This document shows, in pieces, positions 12,431 to 27,079 of a stretch of 64,000 bases of DNA (positions within the stretch are counted from its first letter, which is position 1; every line of letters begins with the position of its first letter). Source of the stretch: Basidiobolus meristosporus CBS 931.73 (lineage: Eukaryota > Fungi > Basidiobolomycota); the NCBI GenBank assembly GCA_002104905.1, contig MCFE01000251.1, positions 49,887 through 113,886 on the forward strand, written 5' to 3'. The notes below the pieces were generated by a model. That model worked only from the letters and a program-made list of their open reading frames with translations. It searched no databases and was not told the origin of the DNA. Both the position numbers and the translations under genes were made by a program.

Positions 12431-13706
12431 GAACACTCTGTTTGGATATTGCCAGAAAGATACGAAAACTGTATGTCAACCGAGTATTGGTCGCTCTTGG
12501 GCTCAGACACTTGATGTTTTAACCAATCTTTTGAGAGGGAATGAGCAAATTCAACATAAAAACAATAAAATTTCCATTTCATGATTTACGAAAATCAGCT
12601 GGCCAGATGCCTCATTGGTTGATGGGTGGAGTCCCAACAGGTGCTATTCTACTGCGATTCTTCCACCAAAATCATACACTGCGTAAATGATCTTCACCGG
12701 GGACCTTAATGCTGCTGAGACGGTTGGACATGGTCATTGTGTTGAACAGAGTTTTGCCTACCATCGGAGAACCTTCTCTGAGGTTCTGGGAAAACAAGGC
12801 CTCATATTCAATGCAGACTTCTTGATTGGTCAGCGCTTACCGGGGTGTTTGTTTATCCAACTCGACACCGCTATACCCGTTTTTGGCGACAAATGGAGGT
12901 GCAAACTGCGTATAAATCCACGAATGGTCACATAAATACTCATTGAGGTTGGATAACTTGGTTGGCACGGCCAGCCAGGAAGAGCACCCACGAAGGTTAT
13001 CTTGGCCAGCTTGGTGATGGAGCCTGAATCGCCCATCTGTGATACCTCATGGTGTGACAACTTGCGTTTAAGGGATCACGATGCTCCCATGCAGACACAA
13101 CGATGGTGGACTCTGCCGTGATGCACAGTGTGGCTAGCTGTTGGCTTCAAAGGTGCAAGCCAATGCTCAAGCCGCGTATCGTGAAGGTGGCAGGCGGATG
13201 CCAGCACGTTATAGGAGCATCCGCTATTTGGGGCTGCCCATCCCTCATATGTCTGTGGTCTTTGGCCGCTCCAATTACCATCAGGACTGGTCATTACAGT
13301 GTAGGCACAAAGCGTAACGCAAAGGTTTCATCCAGATTGGCACATGTACGCTTATGTTGCATGCACTGGCGTCTACACCCGAACTATCATCGCCCTAACA
13401 ACGAAATCTCTATCTCTTGATATCTAAGCCATTTACTCAATCGGAATCAAATTCATCTAGAATTGGTATCTAGTTAATCAGAACGTCAACTTCAAGTTCT
13501 TATTCTTCATTCAACGCTTTATATTAGGGTGTATAAATAAGGAATAGGGATTATTGGCACTACCAGAGCACCCAAAAGAGATGTATGTGGGTCACACCTT
13601 GTTAAATAGTCGAACACGATTTTTGGCCGCCCGTATCGGTTGCTTTTGGTTACTTGGCCGCTGTTTCTGTTGAGGAGTCTTCGTCAGAGAGACTCTGCGA
13701 TATAGT

Positions 13707-15303
13707 ATGGAATACTCCGGACAACCCACTGGCAACAATGTGCATGGCTCGATTACTTCGACAAATCACTACTTTGATGTGCGTTTCGAAGATGACCCTA
13801 GCACTCAGTTAAGGCAGCAGCTTGATGAACTTCAAGCAACCGTTCTCTCTCAAATAACCCTCGAATTCCGTACACTCCATGAGCGACTGGATACAGTCGA
13901 AAACAAGTTCAATGAAGTTTTGAGTTCGCCCCTAATCGGCACACGCATCTCTGGTTTGACACCACAGTATGGGGTGACACCCAGCACTAATGTTCCTCCA
14001 AGGCCTGTTCACCAAGGGATCAGCAATTCTATCAAGCAATACTCGGTTGTTCCGCAAGTCTCCACCCCAACTGTCTCCAGCCCTCTGGTGGCCTCCTCCA
14101 TACAGATAGTTCGGCCTCCGGTTGCTAGCGGAGCTGAAGCCCACACAGCCCTTACCCCTGGTATGTATCAAACCTATCCTTCCTTTGTCATCGATATTTG
14201 CTCCCTTGAATATTACCAAGAGCTCACGCATTCCCCAGTTTCTCAGCTTCCCTCCGAAGAAAGCGCCAAAGTCAAGGTGCTTCTTCGCCAGTTCGCGGCA
14301 CAGGCTATGGGATACATCGAGAAAAATGCCTCCTCCTATACCAACGTCAACAACAACACTGGAGGTAGGATTGCGCCAAAGTTCCTAGGATAGCATGCAT
14401 CTTCATAATTGATGGCGACCTCTCCTTCCACTCCATCCCCGTGTAGCCATCACCACCATGAAGAAGTTCGATATGTACGATTCAGCTTCTTGGGACCAGT
14501 TCGTCGAAACGCACTTTCCTCATGTCCAAAAATCGGACCTGAAGGAGGAGCTAGTCAAGATAGTTAGCGTCAAGGTGAAAAACACCAAAGCCAGGTTTAA
14601 GAAGGTGAGTCCAGCGTTTTCCATATCCTTGGAGATGGCGCGCAGTGAGAGGGGCCCAAACCAAACTCATACTGTTCTCCTTAGAAACTGTCCGAATCGC
14701 CGCAAACACATCGGAGTCTGCAGCAACCGCAGCATCATGTTGATCACGCCCAGAGAGTGAATAGACAGCAGCAGTCACCCCCTCTATCGGATGCTATGTC
14801 AGATGTAAGCTTCTATCAAGAGCAATAGCATAGCATTAGCCACACCAATCATGTTCTTGACCGTCATCCAATTGCAGGGAATTAGCACTCCGCCAGTGAA
14901 GCGATTCAATTCAGGAACGCTGTTAAAGATCGAGAAGTCGGCACTCGCACATTCCCAAGTAACACATCAAGTACCTGAGGCTGTGATTACATCAAGCGTC
15001 CACCACAACAGTAACTTTTCTTTGTTGTAGAGCAGCCCATTTATGACAACGCCTGTCTCGAATAGCCTGATCCCGGTGATAAAGACGGTAAACTGTCACC
15101 AAAGAACCACCGTTCTATGGGTTTGAAAGGGCATTTTGTGCTTATATTCTTTATCTAGATACCTCCAAGCCGAACCCAAATTTAAGAAGGCCAAGCGGGC
15201 CATTGTATATCTAGTGAACTTCGTGGCAACCATTCAAGCCACCAAGGCTTTCATCAGCTTGTATGAATGCCTGTCTTCCAACGGTTATGCACTTCAAGAA
15301 TAG
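13707..15303 (+). CDS. hypothetical multi-exon protein with an N-terminal coiled-coil-like segment
   Basis: A 228-aa first ORF with a helical stretch (LRQQLDELQ...LHERLDTVE) continues through GT-AG bounded exons (for example 14447-14604 and from 14685). The 3' end is uncertain. Confidence 0.55.
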
Positions 15304-15987
15304 ACACCAGAGCCTTTTCCTGGGGCCACCATGCAGTCCCTTCCATTCGTATATTTTTTTCGTTAGAGGTTGCCATCAAAATTATTAAAGTGTGGATTTG
15401 CTTAGTCCAGTGGTCGATAAACGAAACACTAACATACGCATCAGGAGAGGACTATTCTCATGTTCTTTGTTACACAATCGACTCGTCTAGTTGCTCACGG
15501 CATAGCGCCATTCCTTCACCCGATCCTGGGTTGCAGAGCCTTCAATTGATTTGGATGCCCTTGGTCTAGGCCATGGAATGGCAGATTTGGTTTGGGTGGT
15601 TCATCTATCGGGGAGTGGGATCATCCATGTGTAAATCGAAAGGCCTGGATGCGTTTTCGAGGAGTGCAACGATGAAATGGTTCTGTAGGGTGTTCCACAA
15701 ACACCGATCCATTTAGGTGATCTGCTGAACACCGAAATGGATGAATGTGCCCTGATCTGGTTCCAGCCTGCCAACACTGATACGAAGCAGTGCTGCAGTT
15801 GAATTAAAATACACGATTGTTTTATTAAAATTGAGTGGATATTGATCAACGTTGTTCTGGGTAGGATCCTACTGGTCGGGTTGTAAACTCCTCTTGATCG
15901 AGAAAAAACGGTTTATACAGGCCCTTCTAAAGACACGTTAGGGAAAATATAAATATGGGAGAATGGAGGAATCGATCAAGGGGCCGT

Positions 15988-18473
15988 TCAGAGAATGGTT
16001 TGGTTCATAAATTGATTGACATAAGTGCTCCATTCCTCGAAATTGAAATCCATTTGCAGAGGGTTCAGCATGGTCTCGTTGGCCTGTTGGTGGGCAATCG
16101 GCGGACCACCCTGGCCAAAAACATAAGGCGGCTCATTGTTGGAAATAAATTCATTTTCTGGGAACAGAGTCACCTCTGAATTGGGGAACAGGCTGGAGGA
16201 ATTGTGTAGAGGGAATGCTTGGCTGGGATGGTTGTCTACTTGCAGGTTCATTGGAGGCGATGGATACAACGCATTTACAGCTCTGCCATGACTCATTGTG
16301 TGTGGCTGCGTTTGCTGGCTCGATTCTGGTGCAGATGCTTGGGATGCCGGAGATTCATATGTTTGATACGACGACGGCGAATCAACGGACTTCAGCGAGG
16401 ACCCGCTTGGCAATCGGTCGTTATTGATGTGGGCTCTAGTAGGCTCGGTTGATGACTGTGTCATCAATGAGCTAACTGGAGAAAGAATCGCTGACAAGGA
16501 AGGTGATGGTGAATTCGACGGGTTAGCCTGCAAAAATACTTGGTCGGCGAATTCGTCTGGGATGATTATCAGTGATTCCGAATCATGTCTCTGCATATGC
16601 TTGCTGAGTGCATTTATAGCATATCCAATGTTTGGTGGGTTGTACAGCTCGGGTTGCGCGGGCACATCGTCCAAATCAAGATTCTTTTGCGAATTAACAA
16701 GATCTTCAAGCAAAGCAAAGCAATGCTTGGCATCCAGAAAAATCTTGCCGGAGACTCTGAGACATTCGATACCCGCTTTCAAGTTTGTCTTGGAAATCCT
16801 AACCAATTCCGGGTCTTCGGATGTTATATTGATCAAGTGCACGCTGCTAGCAGTGAAAAGTGGCCCATTCTGGACATTAAGCGGTTGCGGGTTGTTTCGC
16901 GCATAGTGGTATGCACAAAAAGTGATCGTACTAGCCGCCTTGGCGCATAACAGCTGGGATGGGTGTGCCACTGTAGCCTTGCGGCCAATTTTAGGAAGGA
17001 AAGGTCGATTTAGAACAATCAATAGGTAGGAATGCAAAAAACAAAGCATTGTAGTGTACTGATCGTTTTGTGAAGGATCCTTGAAATTGTACTTGAACTC
17101 GTTGGGAAGAGAAACCTCCCACTGGATTAGCGCCTTGTTCAACTCTCGTAAGCTGTTCTTGATTTTCCCTTGAGAAGCATTCTCCGCAGTGTATATTTCC
17201 CGCAGTATACGTCCAGTAATATGAGCGAGACGAATATGTAAGATATAACTCTTCCCGGATCGCTGAGAGTACGCCAAATCTGCAACATCAATACCGGCCT
17301 CTTTGGCCAAATTTTCTGGAAGTAGCGGAAGTGATATATTGCAGTCAGACTCGTGAATTGCTAGCGGCCGACCCAAGAATGAGCTGATGCCTCTATCAAG
17401 TAGCATACAATTCCACCAAAGAAATTTCCTCTTTTCACGCTCGAGGGGTTCCAGCTTTTGAGAGTTTATTGTTCGATGAAGGCCTAGCTCTTGAGCAAGT
17501 CGAATCGCCATTCCCAAGTGCATCCACCCATTTTGTGGATGCATCCCCAGCAAAATCAACGCTTGAAGAAGTCCAATCGATGGGATCGAAACAAGCCTGT
17601 CAAGTATGAGCTTGGCCCTGGCGTGGAAAACTCTTGACACATAGTAGGCCTCCTCTGGGTTTGGAAACGAATCTCCGCAAGGAATCTGAACTGCAGTGAT
17701 TGCAAGTATAGAATTGTGCAAAAGCTCGGACACATCATCACCAGCGGTGAGATTCTTGTCATGGCGGCCTAACAGGAAGAGGGGGATTGTCGGATTTATG
17801 ACCTTGAAGTAGTAATCCAGAAGACTTTCACGAAGTTCGGGTGGCGGGAAGCTTGGGCCAAGTGATAATGGGCTTTCTCGATAGAGCTCCTCCTTACAGA
17901 GCAACTCGACAAAGTTTCGGAATCTACCTTGCTTATAATACGAGCCTCCATCAAGCAAATAAAAGCCTGAACTGCTTCCAATATATGAAAAATACTTTGG
18001 CTCTTCAATGGAAAGCTTGCTTATACCTTCTTCAATTGAATCATCGCTTTTCTACTCAAAAAGGAGGGTGAGTAAATTTCTTATTATGGTGGAAAATAGA
18101 GCTGTCAACTAACCTCATTGCTTTCATCGGATAATGATTGCTCTATAGAATGGAATTCCTCAACGATCTCAGAAGGTAGAGTACTATCTCGTTTCGCCAG
18201 ATTAGAAAGAACAGATTCTAATCGCTCCAAACGCTCCTCCAATCCCTTTGGGTAATTAGGTTGTGGTCCCCGTTTCTTCTGTTTCTCAAGGTAAGTACAC
18301 TCATACCCAAAAGAGAGGCAATTCGAGCAAGCAGGCTTTTCGTTGTCACATTTGACCTTCTTCTTACGACAGATGTCGCAAGCTCGCGAGGCTCTTGGCT
18401 TCTTCTTCAACATCCCGAAGGAGTTGGTACCACCATAATTGATTTCTTTGTAGTCATCAACATACGAGGACAT
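15988..18473 (-). CDS. Zn(II)2Cys6 fungal transcription factor with fungal-specific TF middle domain
   Basis: ACDICRKKKVKCDNEKPACSNCLSFGYEC, one predicted intron at ~18053-18113, then YIGSSSG, GWMHLGMAIRLAQELGLHR and RKFLWWNCMLLDR. Confidence 0.95.
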
Positions 18474-19204
18474 GATAAACTATTTCACGGCAGAGTAAGA
18501 ATTCTTCAAATGATTGACATGGGTTGGCAAGAGAAAGAGCATACAAATTTTAATTACAGTTGAGGAATTGTGCAGATTATATGTATTGTTCAACCAATAT
18601 TAATCGTTTGAATGCACGTCCAATCGAAATGGGGATTTATCATCGGTAATCCACAGTAAAGCGTTCGTGAACCAAATCCTGGTCCGCAGCAGCAATCCGC
18701 TGTTCGAGTGTAACATTGTTTAAGGCTGCTCCGATTTAGCGACGGCACTGGAAAAAACAGGAGATCCTGCATACCTACCCAACCTTAATCTAAAAGGCTA
18801 GTGGGCCTGGTCACAAACACCTGGCGGTAGCCAAGTGCTCTGCAGCCATTGTGTGTGGCAAATACAGAATTCTAGATGGCCTCCGGTTGATGGTTCGATC
18901 AGGATGTCGACTCATGCTACTGATCCGAATAGGTCAATCACCGAAATCACTTGGGTGTATAAATCCCGTGGCCTCCTATGGAAGCATTTATTCCCAAACA
19001 TAATTACGAGAGTGCAGCAATTGATAAACCTTAAATGCATTGTTAAGGGTCCATAGGTCAGCAGAGTTGTTGATGTGACAGGTGGCAGTTATTAAGAGGT
19101 ATAGGGCAGTACTAATTTGCAGGGTCGGATAGTGATAACAAGCTGATATCTCTGAAGGATCTAGATTAATTGCTCTATAGGGGTTCAGCAAATCATGACC
19201 AGCA

Positions 19205-20406
19205 TTATTCTTCCCTATAGATAAGCAGTTAGTATCTGGTGTGGGCCGAGAGAAGAGACAACCATACTTATCGTCCTCAGAGTCGCTTCTGACATCCTCC
19301 GCATTGCTACCCCTCAGGACCTTCATGATTATGCGAATGATGGAGCTGAGCCAGAGCAGCATCAGTATCTGGAGTGCAGCGAACAGGCTGAGGAAGAACA
19401 TTTGAGCAGTTCTGTTAAAGTAGTGTCCTTTATCGGGATTCCAGCCGATGACACCGTAGATATCAGGGTCGGCCCAGATGCTATAAACAATATGGGCAAA
19501 GACATAGTGTCTAGAGAACAACCAGCCTACGACGAATATCCCAAATGTGACGTTGGGTGCCGTTTCCAGGCCACAGTAGCGCTGGACTTTGGCGAGCTGA
19601 AATTACAAGATAAGTAGCCGATCGGATGATTGAATATGCGCTTTGACCTTACCGAAAGCCATATATCCGTAAAATCCATCATACACAACACCGCATTGCC
19701 AATTCTGGTGAAATTGGTGAAATAGGAGCTTAACAAGAGAGCGCAAGTGATGCAGTGATGGATGGTCATTACAACGTGATCTTTGCGAGGCTTCTCAATA
19801 CCCAAGACAAAGAACTGCTGAAGCCAATAGCCAATTGTAACCAAGTAGTACCATTTCGTCAAGTATGGGATGTTGACATGTGGGTAATCGATCCAAAAGT
19901 ATCGAGGATTAAACCAATAGGCTGAATTGTACATGATATACTAAAGGTCATGAGGTTAGAGAGGTCCAGTGCTGGAGAATCATGGTAAACGGGCATACCA
20001 TCCCCAATGTCCAAGAGCATGCAAAATACGTCAGCTGCCAAGCTTGCTCGAGGAAGCGAGTGCGTCGCGAGCTGCCCGTTATTTTCAGTACTGTTGTGAG
20101 TGGTAGAAAGACGTATTTCATCACCGCGGCTCTCAAGAACGTAAACATTACAACCCAAAAGGCGACGGTATAGGCGTCATCCAATCCTTTTCCATAGGTG
20201 TTTTTTCCAGGAATGCGGTATTGTAGCCGCAGGAATTTAGCCGCGATGGGAACCTGAAATACATCTCCCAAGAGAATCCCAGTCAATATAGCCAAGGGGA
20301 GCTCTAAACCTCAAATTAGTGGATAATAACAACGCGAATGACGATGCCGTAAAATACCGATTTGTCGTTCAGCTGCAAAGGCAAGCAGCCGTCGGCCTGG
20401 GGTCAT
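19205..20406 (-). CDS. LAG1: ceramide synthase, LAG1/LAC1 family (TLC domain), multi-exon
   Basis: RFLEQAW, RKDHVVMTIHHCIT (Lag1 motif), RIGNAVLCMMDFTDIWL and DVRSDSEDD. The last intron has GTATGG, TACTAAC and TAG signals, giving the ending KEE-stop. LAG1 versus LAC1 cannot be resolved by eye. Confidence 0.9.
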
Positions 20407-21545
20407 AATGGTGGAGAACGCCTTTGTGATGCTTTTCATAGCTAGTGCCGGTAAGTGAGGATCAAGGATAAAAGGAGTGGAATGAAAGCTAGACGGAAAA
20501 TTGGCTGAAGGTGCCGAGAAGCATTGATATAGTAAATCATGGCCAGTCTAATCTGTGGGAATATCATATGATGGCGACAGATAAGGAAAATCAAATAGGC
20601 TTGTATTGCAAAGAACTCCTTTATTGAGACTGTGCATGGTTACTCCGTAAGTTGTGTTTTTCAAGATCTGGTTCCTCATCACTCAACCAGAGGCCAATAA
20701 AAACAGCTCAATGTAATTTGTTTCATGCCAGCCTTCAGTGGACACAGCTTAATAAAGCCACCTCAGCTAGGGAGTTGATCAGCCTGACCAGAGATGGGTC
20801 ACGTAACCCTGGTGATGATCATACATGTTCTCCAGTTAACGAAGGTGAACGGATTCGAATAATCATTGCAGGTGCACCTTATGAATCCTCCATCACTGAA
20901 TTCACCAGCCTGTGAGTTGGTTCTGTGTTGCCGCTTAGGAGCTGGTGTTTCTCCATGAGCTGCTGCACCACGACGATGAAACAACTGTAGAGTAATGTGA
21001 TTATATAGTATCGAATGTTGGACAAGATAACGGTCAGATTAATAGAGTTGGTGTGGGTGATAGCCTCTTTACAGCAAGTCGTGCTAGTGAGTGAGAGCTT
21101 GGGAAAGGGCAGTGTCTTGATGTCGCGTATGTTGATTTGGCTAACTAAATCGGTTTGTTGTGACTTTCCAAGAGAGGCTCAGAACTGGCCAGGCATCAAG
21201 AATCGCTATCAGATTCTCGATTCTCACATGTAGGTAATGGGATTTAGCTGGATTTGGCTTCCTGAAAGCACCAGTACCAGGAATGTTATATTTGACTCAG
21301 CACTGGGTTGTAGATCAATATTTATTATCGTGATGACATCTAGAAAGGGCCTAGATCTTTGAAGTTTTCACCAACCGCCTTGTCCTTTATTCATGCAAAT
21401 CCGGATACTCTACGGCAGAGGCGATTGGAGCCATGTAACGTTTAGAAGATTAATCAAAATACAGTACAGTGTGTAAGGTCCAACTCAAGCGTATAGTTAC
21501 AACAGCTGAACACCCACACATCGCTGATTATTTACAAAGGGTGGA

Positions 21546-23366
21546 TCAAGAGCTGTTCTTCATTTTATATGTGTTAATCCGATCCTCGAGTTGCTTTAGG
21601 TACAGGCTTCGAGGCAGCACCGGCTTCTGAAAACTCTCCCACCACCCTTGCTCCGCTTGATTGGCAAAAGCCCCCTTATTTTGCCTACCAGTGGTACCTA
21701 CAGCAAAGTTCCATGCAGTTGGTGGCTTCTGGACTGTGTTATCTCCTTGAGTATTCCAGAGCACATAATTTGCACCGGACCATCCGTGCCCACTGCCATA
21801 ATACTCTCGGTTTTGGACTGCGATGTTCGATTTGACATTATCGTACAGACCACCAGTAGACCAGTGCATATGTGGTTCTAAGATGTAAATCAGTAAAGCG
21901 AACTCGCAGCTAGAATCAATAGATAGCTTTCACTTACCACTAGTGCTATACTCCCTTTCCGCTGTGCAATTATAAAAGACGTTGGGACCACTCACTCGAG
22001 AGCCGTAGCTGAACGCATGCCGACTCTCCGACGATGTAGAGTGGCGGACGAGGATTTGCTCCGCTCCACTGTTAATCAGATAAGGGTATCTGGCCCCCCC
22101 GGTGATGGTGGAGACTGGCTCGGAGTAGCTGCAAGAATCTACTGTAACCCATTTGGAGTTGCGGCCCAACTCGATGAAATGGTTGAAGTACTTTGCTGTG
22201 ACATGTTTGATCCAACCATTCATTACGCCTTCGAAAATAACCACTTTGTCCGCATGATTCTCATCATTCAGATACTCGGTGGATCTACCGACGGTGCTCT
22301 TTTTGCTAGGATCGAAGGTCGAAATTGCATTGATGTACTCTACACCGATGTTTTCCAATCGATTCAGTGAATATTTCTGGATGTAGCCACCGCCCCAGCG
22401 ACTATCGATACTGTTCGTCAATGGAACATCTATAGCAATCATACCTGAGCGATAATCCACTGCGGTAACTTTTCGAGTGAAAGTCAGCTCGAATGGCGTC
22501 CAATTGGTGGAATGGCGCCCTGGTGGATCTCTCTTGGAGAGGTCAGCCATATTAATCTCTTTAATCCAATCTTGATTTCCTTTGCGAGCGACGATCACAT
22601 CATCCCCAACCTTAAAGTTACGCGAATCACCTGACTTGATCGTGAATTGGAACGCCCCTAAGGGAACATAGGTTTGGGCTATATTGTACTTGGTAGAGCC
22701 GCTCAAACCGCCACTGGGGCCATTGGCTCTGATCAGCGTGTAAGTACGCGGGGACGTACCAATCAGTGTTGTGTTCCCATTAGGGTCGCCTCGAAGGACG
22801 ATTCCACTTGAAGATAGGGTTATGGTGTCGGCTAGGCGATATATACCGGAGGTGAGCAAAAGCGCTCCACGGAATCCGTTTTTATCCACCGATTTAGAGG
22901 CAACCGTGTTGATGGCTTCTTGAATCCGCCTGGTATCATCCCCACCGCCTGAATTGGGTGATATGGTGTGAACGACCGGAATATCCGATGGAATTTCTGC
23001 CAGACCGGCCCTATACCCGGTCCCAGAAAAGTCCGGAATAACATCGTAAAGGTTGTTTAACACCGAGTAACAAAGCCCTGTTGTGTTGGCATTTGCCGAA
23101 ACCAAATTACTAATGCCAGACCTACGTGATGGCTCCAGCTCGGATAAAGTCGTCGAAGTGGCGTTAGGGACTAGCGATATAGTTTCGTTCAAACCAGTGA
23201 TGCAAATGGTTGGCATCACGCCATCCGAACTCTTGCGCGTCAACACCACACCCAAAACAATACCTACAACGACTAATATTAAGAGGACAACACCTCCTAT
23301 AATATAGTACTTCCGCCGAGACTGGGGGGGCTTTTTTGTATCGAAATTCATGACCATGGAGCTCAA
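21546..23366 (-). CDS. type II membrane-anchored right-handed beta-helix protein (pectate-lyase-3-like fold), bacterial-type family
   Basis: N-terminal basic stretch plus TM helix (RRKYYIIGGVVLLILVVVGIVLGVVL), then PDFSGTGY, DDTRRIQEAI and GFRGALLLTSGIY. A 60-nt GT-AG intron (21878-21937) joins in frame to HWSTGGLYDN...GHGWSGAN...PRSLYLKQL. Confidence 0.85.
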
Positions 23367-26300
23367 TAGATATCCGCTGGCTAGTCTTCACCTTTCTCTT
23401 TATATGCCAAACGTGGGTAGATGGGATTTCCAAGGAAGCAACAGTGGGGTGTAAACCAAATAACATCGGAAGCATACAAGCGAAATTCGGAATATATACG
23501 AAAAGGTTAAAACGGTTTCCTAAAACGGTAGCAAGCAATTGCAAACTGATGCGGTGATGAATAATAATGCCAAGGATTCGCCTTGGATCGGAATACGCAG
23601 CATGTTATCAGACGTTGGTCAGCAATTTCAGGCTGCATAATGGAATTGGCCTGTAGATTTGCCTATGGCGATTGTAGAAATAGCAACTTACAATCCTGAA
23701 ACTACATCATTGGTGCCGTGGTTTGCGGCAATGAGGCAACCAACTTCCGTTTAAGGGTTGAACTAATGGGTGATAAGATCTGGTGGAAATCTGAAGAGAA
23801 CACATGTGAGAATGGTCAGGCAGAAAGCGGTCATGAATTCAGTCAAGCCCGAGTAACCTCCACAGCAGCGCCCACAGTTTTGGACGATTTCCAAGGAGAA
23901 TTCCCAACTTCCTCTTCCATAGAGTGGAGTGGGTCATGAACGGGTGCACATGCCACCGCTGGAATCCTGCTCTGGCTGAACCCGTATTACATAGGAATCC
24001 CTGTTGCAATCTTGCCCTCTGATAAGATCCAAGTAACTGATTCCTACTGTTTCCTACCCCATCCGATCTCCACCTTCCGTTGAGTTGAGCAGCGATGATT
24101 TGGGATGGATACATGTCATGATGATCATCCCACCTCCGAGATCGGTTTGCGGAAATATTCTCCTCAATGCAAATTATCCGACGCCCCAGTGATACATCAT
24201 GCAGCCAATGTGAGTCAGGCAATAAACTCCCCTTCGGCTCTGCCTAATATATGCAGACTCTTTCATTGCTATCTTCAATTTTGGCATCGCTTGGCAGATG
24301 CAAGGGATATTGCTGTTCGAGGTCGATGGCGCTTGGCCCTGTGGCTTGTTCACGACTTTAAGTTGAGGACTCACGGTATGCATAATTGCTTGGATCAGAA
24401 GGGAGATGGCATCATGCCTGAGCTAAGCTCCACCGATTAGTCGACCGCCCCTATTGTCTCCCGCGAACATAAAAAATGCACAGCATACACAGCCCGCCCA
24501 TTTTGCCCCATGGACTTGGTAATTCCGTGTTTTCCTGTACAGTGGTATTTCACCCAAGTTCTACTCGGGATACTCCAAGGGTTGAACGTCTCAAGCCACT
24601 CACCACGTGATTTCCCACGCCGCGCAATGAGATTGTGAATGGTGCTACGGTCGGTTTAACTGGGGTCTGGGAAATCCCAAGCCTCAGGATAGCACAGTTT
24701 GGATACAGGCCGCTTTTAGGCACCGAATCGTTTGAAGACAATATGGGTGTTGAGATTGTTGTAAGGATTGGGATTGCGCAGGAAAGAGAAAGCCGCTTCT
24801 GAATTGCACATTGCTCTCAAGAAACGCTGCTATTCATTGGCCAATGATTCCATCGGGTGCTCAGCAAATTGGTCTGATGGCTCATTAATTTTTCCAAACT
24901 CTTACTAATTGTTTCTGGATAGCAATCAAAGGTGTGTACACGAAGTAGGTGTCCCCTTATCAAATTGTGGTCTGAAATTAATGCTTTTGGCTGATCTATA
25001 CCGCTGATTCTGTTTGCAGAGCCGTGGAAGCCAATCACATATGATTGCTTTGGGAGTTCTAAGGTCGGGTTTGGGGTGTCTTTAGTTGTATTTTCACATT
25101 ACATAATACACATTGGTCATTTTTCAACCATGTGGATTAAACTTGGGTTGGTAACTAGTAATCAATATATGGCCATATGGAATAGTCTTACGTTTGTATC
25201 CATGCGTTACAATTGATGTTCAAGCTCAAAAAGTGCTATCCTGTACGAATCATATCTAAAGCAACGAGATAAATGGTCTGGTATTTAGGTAATTGTTTGG
25301 TGCAGTTGGGCTTGTTAGGGTCCATGAAATACTACAGTATTTATTATAGCTAAGCAGGCTGTCAAAGCATAGCATCTTATACAAGCTCAACAGGAATGCA
25401 TGAAAACTCATGAAAATTATTGCAACCAAATTATTCACAAATCATTTTCATTTCATACTTATCAATATCAAGGCAGTTGGCAAAATCTTTTGATTAAGTT
25501 TTTCAAAGTATCTAGCAGTTCAATATCACCGGAATTTGAAAGTTGCTCAACAAATCTTATGCAGAGTATTATCAAGCCCTAAATAGGTTTTGGAAGTGAT
25601 CTGGTGCACTTGATGATTTATTGAATGTAAAAGTAGCATTTATACTTTTACATGGTCTTGGCATAACAAACACGTAGTATAGGCTTAGGAAGGTCCCAAG
25701 AACATATGTGCAAAGTTTGGGGCTGTTTGGTCAACTTATCTAATTTTCATGTTCTGGGTAAATATTCTAAGTAAATCCCGACAAGGAATTTGGTCAGTAT
25801 TCTCTAAAATTTGTAGGTAATGATCTAAGTGACTAAGTTAGGTGAATATTTAGGTGGAATTCCGAATTTTTACAACAGTGTATACATTCACCTGGTAAGG
25901 CTTCATAAAGTCAAAGGCAATCAAGTGGCCCATGTTATATATGGGTCCTTCTGTTAGTATCTATTTTTAAGAAAGGAAATCAACTAAAGGCCAACAGAAT
26001 ACCATCATAGTATCAGCAGAATTCCTAGTTTCACTATACCTACAATTATCAATATCTTAGGTTCTAGCTATTTGGCAGACATGAAGACATATTTAGAGGA
26101 GGCTAGGCTAAATAACATTCATATTAACTTTGGCAACAAGCTACTCACTACTCCCACAAAGATTTAAAAATAAAAATTTGAAGGAAAAAGCCAGCTGAAT
26201 GCCAGCAAAATACCATTGGAATACCGGCAGATTATCAGATGAATCCCAAGTATGAGATTTTTCATAGGGCTATATTTTTTTATCTATGGCGCACTTTGCG

Positions 26301-27079
26301 AGCCTGGTAACGTATTACCAAACATCATGATATGCGAATTGTCATATACATTGACTACGTGCTCCACCATGCGCAAGTTGGGTACTGGCATGCTCCTATC
26401 AAAAGCTCTGAACTTCGACGATTTTTATAACGATGGTATTCCAACCCACCTACAACCAAACTTCTCTAGTGATCATAGCTTTTTCTTATCAGAAAGCCCA
26501 AGGCCAGATCTCGTAATTTATATATAAAAAGGGTTGACAGGCGTGTGTATATTTCATATAGCAGCATTACGTTTATTTGGCCCTAACCCAAAATTTTAGA
26601 AGATTGCAGGCATAACCCAAGGTGGATTTTTGCTGTATTCATGTTGGTACCTCATTAGATAAGAGGCGTTTGCGTTGTGAAGATGCAATATACAAGCATA
26701 TTTACGGTATCTCCAATATCCTAGGGAATCATAATCTTACAAATCGACAGAGGTGTAAGATCGTGATGCAAGACATGATCGCTTTCTACAGTATAGGTAT
26801 CCAGGTTGAGGTTAGATGAAGTTTCCATACTAGAAAGACATTTACGGGGAGGATATCTACCACACATTTTGTATCCAACTAGCCAATACCTTGGATTTAA
26901 ACCGCATGCCTCAACGCGCAAGATTAATGGAATTCAAACCTACTAGCCAAGTATAGATTCCCACATCAATCAACAAGAAAACCAACAAAAGAGCTTCTAC
27001 AAGTTGAATATTTAATAAAGAGCGATAGATTAAAGGGATTCTGATGTGCGGCGATTACACTCTAAGGAATAGGTAAATC

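Noticed and set aside
23839-24741. Broken minus-strand frames that look protein-like
   Set aside because: No consistent start, splice path or recognisable domain; at most an unidentifiable pseudogene.
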